64,000 bases of DNA from Glaucostegus cemiculus. Lineage: Eukaryota. The stretch is from positions 10,726,001-10,790,000 of the forward strand of contig CDPCPM010000344.1 in the NCBI GenBank assembly GCA_976551045.1, written 5' to 3'. The first letter of the stretch is position 1. Every line of letters begins with the position of its first letter. The position numbers were made by a program, and so were the translations under genes. Shown here in pieces: positions 27,385 through 38,949 of this stretch. The notes under the pieces were generated by a model. That model was not told the origin of the DNA, made no database searches, and saw nothing but the letters and a program-made list of their open reading frames with translations.

Positions 27385-27730
27385 ATGGTGGACTAGGAGG
27401 TGTAGTGGATGCATACTTGTTTTGAATCTGGCAATAAGCAGATGGGTGGCATTGCCTTTGTCCACTAATATTAAGGTCCCATGTAAAATGAGTTTGTTCA
27501 GTTTCATTCCCAGTTCCTAGATGGCATGAAGATGCCCACATTCAACACAAATTCAGTCCAGTGGGCTGGTCTTATTCAGAGGTGTTGGGTGAGTGTTGCA
27601 CAGGGAAGAATGTCACATTGATTGACCATGGGATGCAAGTATATGAGGTCAGGGTGGAGGCAATTTTGTTCTGTCTCTAATTGACTTGAGAGTCTTGGTA
27701 TTGATGCGGGTGCTTGAAATGAAATAGGAA
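27385..27730 (+). mobile_element. Ancient SINE with LF-SINE-like core
   Basis: atgtaaaatgagtttg...cccagttcctag...cccacat and aggtcagggtggaggca resemble recalled LF-SINE consensus blocks, in the same order. Confidence 0.5.
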
Positions 27731-30294
27731 CAAAAATTAATAATAAAAAAGGTGTTATGGAAAAGTTAACAGCTCAGTAACTGTGGCTGTCATGTAAACA
27801 AAACCTGTTTAAATTAATGTCTCACTTGGCACGAGTTGACAAAATAAGGCAAATCCCGAAAAAATGTATTTTTGGTTTAACTGTGGCCCTTGAGAACTTT
27901 CTCTAACAATACTCAAAAGTCCCATTATTGCTGAAATCTGTACTGTTCTATCATGGAGTGGATTTGACAGAGCCAGAAAGAAGCACTGAAAACTAGCACT
28001 TATTAACTTCATTTCTGGCTGCTGTATCTTCTCCAGGGACCAGGGAAGGTCTACACAGTCCTGAGACAGCATACCACTTGCTCGCCTTTGCAGGATTTTT
28101 GTTCAATCAGTAGTCTGTTGTCATCCTAATAGCGAGGCCTGTGCCTCTGATGGGGCCCTGTCAAACCTTGTTTTGGTGGGGCTCAAAATGTTCTGAAGTA
28201 ACAGAGACATCTTCTTTACATTACTGCTCTTTTGCTGAAGTTGGACCTGCTGTCAATGGCATCACAGGAAAATAAATATAGATGAAGTTAGTGCAGGAGT
28301 GAACATCTGCAACAGAGCTCAAAGGACAAAGTGCAACCAGAGTGGATGCAGTTTCTCAGTCCTTTGTAAAGAGCATTAAGAGGGATTGCTGCCAACGGTA
28401 TTTTCATGAAGACTCTGTCTAGTTTCACTGTTGCAATCCTTCCATAGACTTCAACGTCCTAGGGGTGGAAAAGGGAAATATCTAGCCAGGCTACATGCTC
28501 CTGATCACTAACCAATGATGCAAGCTGAAAGGTCGACATTAGACTAATAGTATGGGCTTTTTTAAAGTGTGTTCTGCAGTTGAACATTAATACAAAATAC
28601 CTTCAACTGTTGATTGAGAATGGCCGGTTAGTCAAAGGAAATAAGTTACTGCCAATGTCCATGAAACAGAATTCAGGAGAGGACAGAGATGGAGGAGAGC
28701 ACTGGTAAAAATTACAGCGGCAGAGGGTTGAACTCCACTTTGAAAAGGAGAACACTGCATCTGTGTAAGGAAAAGTTGCATCATATTCCTATTTGTTATT
28801 AATAACATTTGTGTGTTTTATTATATATCTGAAACAATATTTATTAAGAGAAAATGGTTTTATTTGTAAATTAAAAGGATACTACTTTGGTAAAAATTCT
28901 CTATTATTAACTGAGTAAGGCCCAGGACCAATATTCCCCCTTGGAATAAATAATACTTTTGTATTGGAAAATAATTTAATTAAAATGGAACAATCCAACT
29001 GATACTGCCAATTGGTGCTAATTCATGTAAAACAGTTTCAGTTTGTAGAATGTAGTTTTTATGTTTAAACACTGTTAAAAGGGCCCCACATGGTAAGTTC
29101 TAAGACGATGTTCCCCATATGAAGCTCTTCAGAAACTTAGACATTAAAAACTCTCAGCCACTGATCTGGGTCTGTAATGAATCAGCTGCCCTCAGCTCTG
29201 ATGGTCATCCAACTGCTCCAGTTGGCTTCAGCAGCTCTGGATGAGAGAAAGGAAAATCAGCCAGGATTTCCACTGAGCCTCGGTGGGAAATGCATGTGTG
29301 GATTTCAGATGAGGGCTGGGTTGGTGTCAGTCAGCTGTGGTGCCTATCATGCCCACTGTTCCTAACAACTATTTTCCAGGCTTACAAATGAAAAATGATT
29401 ACTTGTGTGGAATGCCACAAGGCAAAGGAAATTCTTTGAGCTGTAGCCCAGCACTTATCAGAGAGAAGGAAAGGAAATATAAGGATTAAAATAAATCTAT
29501 GTGCAATGTTCAAAGCAGAAACACAATCTTAAATTTGGTAATAAGAAACCTTAGTTCTGGTTTAATAAGATTACTGTTGTGTGTAATAGCATGGAACTGC
29601 TTCATTCCCAGCTATCATCTCATGGCTTAATCAGATTCACATTCTTACCCACCAGCCATTAAAGTAACATGATCTGAAACAGTAGTGATCTTTGTTGGCC
29701 CATCAGTTAGTGATCAGTCAACAAAAGTAGTTGGCTTTATTTAAGGGGTTCGTTTTGCTACGGGCTATGGTCTTAGATCAGTTTGTTGGAGGGAGAGAGG
29801 TGATGGGGATGTGGAGGAGGAGGGGGGATGTGGGGATAGGGGCCATTTAGACAATCAGGGTGGGTAGCAACCCCTGCATTGTGCTTTCCAAACAGGATCG
29901 ATATAAATAGTCTGCAGCCAAACAGCAGACTATTAGTTTTAATGTTGGGAGCAAGCTGAAGACTGGTGTTAATAGAGATCTACTACCAGATCTTAAGACA
30001 GGTCAACTGGTTTAACACTATTTCCTGGCAGCAGTCTTATGTAATGAGAATCGTAGACTCTGGAGTTTTAAAGCTATCATAACACTGATTCCAAAACCTC
30101 TGGTTCAAACTTGTGCAATTATGCACCCAAAGGCACTTTGCCCCAAAACAAATAAAAAGGCCATTGTAAGGGAGAAAAAAAGCACAAATATTATTTAACA
30201 AAACTGTAAAAAATGTAACTTGGTGGGCCGAAGGGCCTGTTTTGTGCTGTATTGTTCTATGGTAACTTTCAAACAGTGCGTTTCCATGTCAGAA

Positions 30295-30700
30295 ACAAGA
30301 ACAAAAACAAAAAGTACTGGGAATACTCAGCAGTTCAGGCAGCATCTGTGGAGACAGAATTCAAACTGATGATCCTTCATCAGAATTAGAAAAGTGAGGA
30401 AACAAGTGGCAGAGAGGGTGAGAAAGGATAATCCATTCATTGCGAGGTTGCTGGGTGGAAGGTGAGGAGAATGGGAGGCTTATCCTTGTTTTGGCTGGGA
30501 AGAGAGGGGGTGACAGCTGAAATAAAGGAAATAGAGGGAATGTACTTGAGAGTTCTGTCAATCGCAGTAAAGGAAATCCAAAAGTAAAGAGTAAGGGGAC
30601 ACCTCAGAAGCACCGGTGTGGGAATTCTCATCATCAGAATAGATGGGACAGATATAGACGAATCAGGTGAATTTTCTTTTAAATGCCAGGATCCATGCAC
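30295..30700 (-). mobile_element. Penelope-like element fragment
   Basis: Minus ORF DRTLKYIPSISFISAVTPSLPSQNKDKPPILLTFHP resembles the PLE linker before GIY-YIG; terminal motif ctgatgaagg...cagatgctgcctgaactgctgagtattccca. Confidence 0.7.
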
Positions 30701-30890
30701 TTCTCAACCAGCTCCTCAGTTGTATCCTAACTTGCACAAGCATAAACTTACACACTTCTGGGCTGACAGTAAAACAGAACTGGCCATGTAACTTGGAACC
30801 GCCCATCGCTTTCTGATCTGTGCGGGCACTTTTAAATCTTGGTGTGTCTGTAATGCAATTAAGTAACCAGTGTCATCTCTTTGAATGCAG

Positions 30891-31022
30891 GAACAAGAGA
30901 AGCAGCCTTTGTGTATGCAATCTCGTCCGCTGGAGTGGCCTTTGCAGTTACTCGTGCCTGTAGCAGTGGAGAGTTGGAGAAGTGTGGTTGTGATCGCACA
31001 GTCCATGGAGTGAGCCCTGATG
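30891..31022 (+). CDS. WNT4: Wnt4 coding exon 3
   Basis: Acceptor gaatgcag|GA; (G)[43 protein letters not shown]; 132 nt; donor ATG|GTAAAT. Confidence 0.98.
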
Positions 31023-33057
31023 GTAAATGCAAAGCTGTTTCTTCATCCAGGGGCTGCGTGTTGTAGTGAGAGCCATTGACCTTTCACCTGTAAGGATGGG
31101 TGTTCTTAACTAATCAGAGGGAAAGGTCTCCTTCTTTTTAAAACAAGTTTCACTAATTTCAATCCAGATCCTGGTGTACATTGCAAATATATCTATAATC
31201 TGGAAAAACTGAACAGGACTAGCAACATCTGTGGATTTTCTGTTTTGAATTTAAGATTTCCAGTATCTGTGGTATTTTGATTTGTAACCATAATCTGGTA
31301 TTAATGGAGAGTCTAATACAGAGCGCATAGAATGAATGATATGAAGAAAATCTCACATAGTAGGTCCTTTCCTCAGGTTGGAGCAAGGCTATTTGTTGGG
31401 GAAGAGTATGGGAGAGAGTAACTAACCTATTCTTAATCACTATTACTTGGTGCCTGAGAGGGAAAATGTTCTATTTTCTAGTGCTAATATTCATCATGGA
31501 TGAACAAACAGCCAAGAAAATTCCCTTTCTTGTGCTTCATCATCATTTATGCATTTGTACTTGAAACAGAGAGAAACCACAGGTAGAGTAAGGAATACAT
31601 TAATGGTCAGCAATGCTCCCCCCTTCCAACCCTTATATCCCTGAGATGAAACTTTTTCCATTGTTCTCTCCACTTAGGAGTCTGAGTATTTATGTTGTAT
31701 TTGGGACACTTTAAGAGCTAGAGAGGATGGCTTGATCATATCCTCTTTATCTTCATTCCTACATGCCCCACGACTTGCTGGGACACCTCACCAGCTACGG
31801 CTTACAAGACTAGCTTCCCCCTGGAACTCATGAGCCACCCTAACTTGAAACAACTGTTTCAGACTAAAGTCAGTTTTTCAGTGCCTGTTTAAGGGAATGA
31901 GCAAGCCATTTAATGCAAGTACAAACATCTTGTGGTATTTGTGAAAATGTGTGTTTGATTGGCATCTCTTTTGTATTTAACAATTATCCAAAAATGTGCA
32001 GTCCTGATCGTTTTTATTTTCCAGAGGGTGGTATTAATCTATCTGGTTTAATTCAGGGCAGCTGCCTGAAAACTGCTAAGAGAGATAGTCAGGCCAGACA
32101 GCTACCATAGATGGTGAGGAAAAAGAAGTAAATGTTTATCAGTTAAAACCCAAGTCAAATCAAAGGCAAGAAGAGGGGCATCACATGGATTATGTGATTA
32201 AAACCAGCAGCTGAAGTAAACTGTTTTCTATGCACTCCATAAATTTACTCAGGAAACATTCTTTCTCAGAAATGGAGAGCTATTAAAAATGTTAAAGGAA
32301 CCAAATATAATGTATTATTGTTTTCTGTTCTGCTGAAGTTGAATGAAAACACAATTGATCAGTGACTTGATTCCTCAGTACATAGGAAACCAGAAAACAA
32401 AATTATAAATATGGTCTCCTTTTCATTTTGTTGTGTACACTGTAAATGGAAACCAGGAACCATTAAACAATTAACCACTACAGCACTTTGAAAATCAGCT
32501 GGTATGTTTGGGAGTCTACTGTTTACTGTTTCTGTTATTGAATTGCTTTCATTTGTAGAAGGCCATTATGAAAATATCAGAACACACAATTTTAACCCTT
32601 TTGCACCCAACGATGAGAGGGGTGTGGGGAAGGAATGTTTGTACTGCACTCCTGCTGGCCATCACTTTAACTAAGCCCACATCAGGTGCAGGAGAGCTGC
32701 TCACCATAGGCAGATGGGGACCTAGTTTATAATCTGATTACAGTCTAATGATATCATCAGCACGACAACGGTACATTTAACCATGGATTCAGGAGGGTCA
32801 CATCAGACATAAACCAATAACTATACCACTCTGGAAATTAGCATTGTGGATAGAAAGTTAATTGTACCTTTCTGTGCAACTCTTGCTGAACAAAATCAAC
32901 CTGGCCTTTTCTTTCTCTCTCTCAGCATTAACTTCATCCTGACATTGTTGCCTTGGCTCCCTAGAGTCCTTGGATTCTGCTTTCTGTAACATTACTTCTA
33001 TTGATGAAGAACTAGAGAGGCTCTTATTCCATTTTACAGAGGCGCATGGTTTATCTA

Positions 33058-33548
33058 GAGTCATAGAGTCAGAGTACTACAGCACAGAAACAGGCCCTTT
33101 GGCCCATCTAGTCCATGCCGACCTGATCTTCTGCCTAGTCCCACCTACCTGCACTCGGACCATATCCCTCCAAACCCCTCCCATCCATGCACCTATCCAA
33201 ACCTTGCTTAAATGTTACATTTGAAACCACATCTACCACTCCTGGTGGCAGCTCGTTCCACACTCGCACCACCCTATGAGTGAAGAAGTTCCCCCTCAGA
33301 TTCCCCTTATATATGTCATCTTTCACCCTAAACCTATGTCCTCTAGTTCTAGTCTCACCCAACCATAGGGGAAAAAACCTGTATGCATTCACCCTATCTA
33401 TATCCCTCATAATTTTGTATACGTCTATAAGATCTCCCCTCATTCTCCTGTGCACCAGGGAATAAAGTCCTAATCTATTCAACCTTTTCCTATAATTCAG
33501 GTCCAAGTCCCAGCAACATCCTTGTAAAGTTTCTCTGCACTATTTCAA
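33058..33548 (-). mobile_element. CR1 LINE 3' fragment in Wnt4 intron 3
   Basis: ORF 33135-33506 RLNRLGLYSL...RRMRGDLIDVYKIM...TRGH...NFFTHRVVRVWNELP, plus CR1 tail. Confidence 0.92.
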
Positions 33549-34288
33549 GCTTAAATGACTCAAGTATCAGCCTAAAATCTTCATTGTTCTCCAGACCCTG
33601 GTTTAAATAGGATAACACTGCATTTCTCCCCTAAACTTTGGAAGTGACATGAGGGTTAGTGGGCAGGACTAGAACTTGGTGGCATTCAGACAAACACAAA
33701 AGGTCAACTGCCGCTAACTAGCTTAGATAGGATACCACTACTTGCAAGGAATAATCTTTTTGCACAGAATCATCAGCATATGGAACTGGTGCCACAATAA
33801 GTGGTATTACTCAAGTCCTTAAAAGAGAATAATTAGTTTCTGGAAGAAGATAACATATCTAGAGATACAGGATACATGGCTACTTAGCTTACATTTTGAT
33901 GCAAAATAGAGAGTCACAGTCTTCTAAAGCTTGTTCCTTGAGGAGTCTGAGGATTTTTCCTCAAGTGGCTAATTTGTATTCCTTCTGCATCCCAAGAGGC
34001 AACAAGACGAGGATTTCAAAGGATGACATGTGAGGTTAAAAAGTCAATTGGATTTGATAAGCCTGAAAGTGTTTTGGAATGTTCATGTATACTCCATGAA
34101 GTATCAATGCCTTCATGAACAGAAAACCTGGAAAACAGTGATAACAAGACTAATGTGGAACTATTAATTAATCCTCTAGCTTTGTTCCTTGCATAACCTA
34201 ACCTTGGAAATATCTGGATTGCTCTTCTCTGAATTAAACAAACTTTTATTCTAATCATTAATATTTTTTTCATTACTTTTGTACTTAG

Positions 34289-34431
34289 GTTTCCAATGGT
34301 CAGGTTGTTCAGATAACATTGCCTATGGTGTTGCCTTTTCCCAGTCGTTTGTGGACGTGAGGGAAAGAAGCAAAGGTGCTTCTTCAAGCAGGCCACTAAT
34401 GAATCTGCACAACAATGAGGCAGGAAGGAAG
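34289..34431 (+). CDS. WNT4: Wnt4 coding exon 4
   Basis: Acceptor ttttgtacttag|GT; (G)[47 protein letters not shown]; 143 nt; donor AAG|GTATGT. Read manually; absent from the ORF track. Confidence 0.97.
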
Positions 34432-36754
34432 GTATGTGGTTTATAATCCAAAAACTCCATCTCTAATGCAGATACTTAAATGTTACAACTTTACTTCAAA
34501 TATTTAAAAGGCATCACTTTATTGAATTAATGATTCTCTTTGTACAACAATTTGATTTTGGGAAATAATACATCATTTTAGGGAAAATAAGGGCGCCTAG
34601 GGAATGTCTGATCAATACCGACTGGCATTGTGCTGCCAATTTCTGATAATTATTGTTGCAAGTAAGAAATGGTAAACTCCTACTTGTAATCCTTAAGGCA
34701 TTCTGTACCCATTTTGCCCAGATCAAAACACAATTACTTAATATTGCATAAATATGACGTTCAATCATATACTTGAAATGTTAGCTTGTGGAGAGATACG
34801 AGCAAAACATATTAGAGAAATGCTAAGTAGCATTAGAGATTCATCCTCCTTGGTTTAGTTTTAGTAAATTATTTCTTCTATTCCTCCCTGTCTCAGCCTG
34901 CCTTGCTCTTTTTGTTTCAAAATATATCTATATTTACACCTTTCTTCTTTTCCTTTCTTGAAGCAGTTGACTATGTCAGAATAAGGTCCACAGGTACTAG
35001 GCATAAAAGTTAATGGCCCAGGAATTTTAGTTCATCTTAAGAATGCACTGGATATTTGTAGCAGTTATGTTCCTTAGGAACTACTGAATGGCCATTGCAC
35101 CACTTCATGAATGAAGGTGGTGACCATTGGCCCAAATGAGACCAAGACTTGGATCGTCAATCAGGTGAATGACGTGGGGACAAAGGGGGTGGGGAGGGGA
35201 GAAATTAAATAGTCAACAATTAGGATCAGGGCCTAGGGTTAGGTTGATTAACCAAATGTCCAAAGGGGGCAGGGTGTGGGGGATGAATGAGCAATGTGGA
35301 AATTGGAACCTCTTGTGGGGACCTTAGGGGTATCTGGATTAGGTGTTTGAGCTGATTGGATGGTTGCGATAAGGGTTAATTGAAGGGGAGGTTGGAGATT
35401 GGGCCTAGGATGATCTGAGGGTTGGAAGGGACGATCAGTGGGTGGGCTCAGTAACAATGGGGCAGATTGGATCACATAAGGGACTTAGAGGTCCCAGATC
35501 ATCTCTGCACATCAAAGGCCTGGTTGTCATGGGAGCACTCAACAATATTTGCTCTCAGGACAGCTTGGATAAATTTCCTCCGTAATGCTCCAAAAGCAGG
35601 GAAGAGGGAAGACCCCAGCCAAATTACCAGAATGACGTGAGATGACCCTAAAATGATCTTTATAATGTTTCACTCCATGGTAAGTATATCTTCAGTCGCA
35701 TAGCACTGAATGAACACTATTACATAATGGAATTTCTAGGCTCTTGTAACCAATCCATTTAGTCATAATTTGTCAGAGTCTTAAACTATGAATGGTGGAA
35801 GAAACAGTGAATCACAAGGGAATTCAATATCCATGTGCTTTTACTTGACATTGCTATGTTAAAATCAGGAGAAGGATGCCCAATTTTTCCCCTTCTAATC
35901 AAAATGCACGGAGATCAATGATGAAGTTGTACTGACAGCTGCTTTACTACAGACGCAAGTTTGAGACATTTCCTGATGGATAAGCACACTGGGTTATTGG
36001 GCACTGTTTTAATAAAAGTGCTTTCACTCAAGGCTTGAATACTGAGATAATCCCCCTACATTGCTTTCTCCTGTTTTCTCTTTCCCTCGAGCAAGAATAA
36101 TGTTGGAATTACAGTAAAGTGATTACACATCTGAAATTACAACCCAAAGTGATGGCTCATGGTCATATGGGAGAAGTGATGCATCTGAATCTTGGATACA
36201 AAGTAATTTTGGAACCTTGATCTTGACATCTAATCTACGCATAAAGTCATAACATCTAGTGTTATGTAGTCTACTTCTCTTACTTCAATATCGCATAGCT
36301 CAAAGTATCTGACCATTTCAATAGCAAATGCACACTTTGCTCAATTGTTTACATTGTTTTATTGAAAGTATCGAATTCAATATTTTTAGTGCAAACAACA
36401 ACTGAATTAAGTGTAGACAATATCTGCCAAAATTTAAATCTGTGGAGTAACTTGATAACTAATTCCTTTTATTCTGCCTTACCCTAGAAACGCCATATGC
36501 AACACGTCAATTAGCTAAAGTTCAGCGAAATTATCAGTTACTTGTCAAAAAGTTCACCAACCTTTTTATTCATTTGTTGCTTGTATAATGTTTATGTTTA
36601 AAAAATCAAAAAGATTTTTTTTGCCTTTTTTTGACTAAATATGGATTTATGCCTTAACTCTTTAGGAATTTTTAAAAAATTATTCCACATTTTCAACTTG
36701 AAAAAGCCTCTTTTTTTGTTCGTTTTCAAGCATTCTGTGTATTTTAGGGAAAGG

Positions 36755-36955
36755 TCAGAGTCATAGATTCATACAACATGGAAACAGGCTTTTCAGCCCA
36801 CTGAGTCCATCCACACTGCCCACTAAATACCCATCCACACTTTATGGACTCCAACTTTATTCTCTCCAAATCTCCTTCAAACTCCCCGCTGCCCCCACTC
36901 CTCCTTCAAGATTCTACCGCTAACGTACACGCATGGGACATTTTACAGTGGCCAT
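36755..36955 (-). mobile_element. SINE fragment with CR1-type tail
   Basis: gtcatagattcatacaacatggaaacaggc tail joined to a ggacattttacagtggcc body. Confidence 0.5.
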
Positions 36956-38481
36956 TGTTGTATCAATAATCATTCTCAATATCAGTGAGAAGGCACTGTG
37001 GTTTAGTCAAGCATCAATAATGATGAACCCTATAAACAATGAAGTATAACAGTCAGTTCAGTTGTACTTGCTCCAGCCTGTAAATCATGGGCCTGGTCTT
37101 CCAATTAAACAAAGTTTATAAAGATTCCCTTATTTTGAATGAACTCTGCACAAGGACCTGCAAAGCAGCAGTATAAAGATGCACGAGGCCTAAGATGTCA
37201 CGTTCAGTAGAACAGACATTACATGGTTAATCCATTCAAAGGCTTTTCCCAGCTAACTTCACATTGCCATTCCAAGCAGTGGAAAATAGGGAAGTCCTGG
37301 CTACAGATTGTCATTTGCTGAAGGAGGGAGTGAGTTCACAGTGGAGATGCAAGTGGGAGTTGGGAGGGCTTGGGCCTCAATCAGATTTGGGTACATGGGG
37401 GATTTACATCTCAAGAGTCAGGTTCAGGCATTGGTGGGAGGATCATGATCAGCTACTGAGGGTTGATGATGAGGACATTCAGTTCCGGATGTGGTAACAG
37501 TGGGGAATGATGCAGAGTTAGTGGTTGGGCCAGAGCAAGATGGGCAGCCCCAACACAGACCTGCAGTGAGGGCAAATTCTTAAGTTAAAGGCACCAACTC
37601 ACAGGACGTTCCAAATGGCCTATGCTATGGTTCAGACCTGATCAGACAGGTCCTCTTTAGTCATTATCAAAGCAGGCCTCAATCATTATTAAAGCCATCT
37701 TCTGCTCGAGTGCCCTTTGACATGCACCATTGAATTTTCTGCAAATGGTGTTCTGGGCATGCACAATGGCATTCAGATGCTGGATACCAATATGCATGTC
37801 TGGATGCCTCCATGCCTAAACATGTCAGATACAAGGAGGATGAAAAAGCTATTTTTCCTTTTAAATAAGACCCTGGTACCCAACGGCATTTGGCTTTCAG
37901 CTTTTAGATAAAATTCCTCTGTTGTTATCAACCATGATTCAGGTTCCTTTCTTTTCATTAGCCAGTTCTTCACTTAGTCTCCCAGTTCTATTCCCACTCT
38001 CATTTACTGCTTCCCCACCCCACCTCCTTACTTGGCTGGTCCTATCCAAAACTGCCTCCATTTTCCAAGTCTTTCCCCCTTTTTGATTATTTCAGTTTAG
38101 TTATGTAGTTCAGAACACAGCAATACTTTTAAAAACTTCTACAATATAGTTATTTCCCATCTTACATCAAGTTTAAAAAAACCATCTAAGATTGAAACCA
38201 CATTGTGAGTTGGTATCATATAAATGATCCCCGACACCAGGATGTGCCAGGAATTAAGTTGCATCAAACGCTCCCCTTCAAAGCCATACCACCCCTTGAA
38301 GGATGCAGCTGTTTCCAGAGTCAGTCATGGTTGTGCTTTTAAAATAAACAACTCAACCCTGATCTTTTCAAATACAACTGTGACACATTAACAATATTGC
38401 GTGCTATACCACATCAAGCACGGAAACAGTTTAGCGCCAGTTACTTTTCTACAATGTGTAACTATGCATTCTTCTTTTTAG

Positions 38482-38949
38482 GCCATTTTGAACAACATGA
38501 GGGTGGAATGTAAATGTCATGGAGTTTCTGGATCATGTGAAGTGAAGACTTGCTGGAAAGCCATGCCTCCATTCAGGAAAGTGGGCAATGTGCTGAAAGA
38601 GAAATTTGATGGAGCCACAGAAGTCGAGCAGAGGAAAATTGGTTCCACAAAAGTCTTAGTGCCCAAGAATTCTCAGTTTAAGCCACACACTGATGAGGAC
38701 CTTGTGTATCTCGACTCAAGCCCAGATTTCTGTGATCATGACATTAAGAATGGGGTCCTTGGAACCTCTGGGCGTCAGTGCAATAAGACGTCCAAGGCAA
38801 TTGACGGTTGTGAGCTCATGTGTTGTGGCCGTAGCTTCAATACAGAGGAGGTGGAGATCGTGGAAAGATGCAGTTGTAAATTCCACTGGTGCTGTTTTGT
38901 TAAATGCAAGCAGTGCCGCAAAGTGGTGGAGATGCACACGTGTCGGTGA
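38482..38949 (+). CDS. WNT4: Wnt4 coding exon 5 (terminal)
   Basis: Acceptor cttctttttag|GCC; [25 protein letters not shown]...[21 protein letters not shown]; contains the Wnt signature [10 protein letters not shown] (lipidated Ser212). 468 nt; the five exons sum to 1056 nt = 351 aa plus stop. Confidence 0.99.
   Translation, partial: AILNNMRVECKCHGVSGSCEVKTCWKAMPPFRKVGNVLKEKFDGATEVEQRKIGSTKVLVPKNSQFKPHTDEDLVYLDSSPDFCDHDIKNGVLGTSGRQCNKTSKAIDGCELMCCGRSFNTEEVEIVERCSCKFHWCCFVKCKQCRKVVEMHTCR

Noticed and set aside
30218-30345. CR1 3' stub followed closely by a Penelope fragment, seen twice (also 55895-56070)
   Set aside because: The intervening sequences differ and both repeats are abundant, so coincidence is more likely than a composite element.
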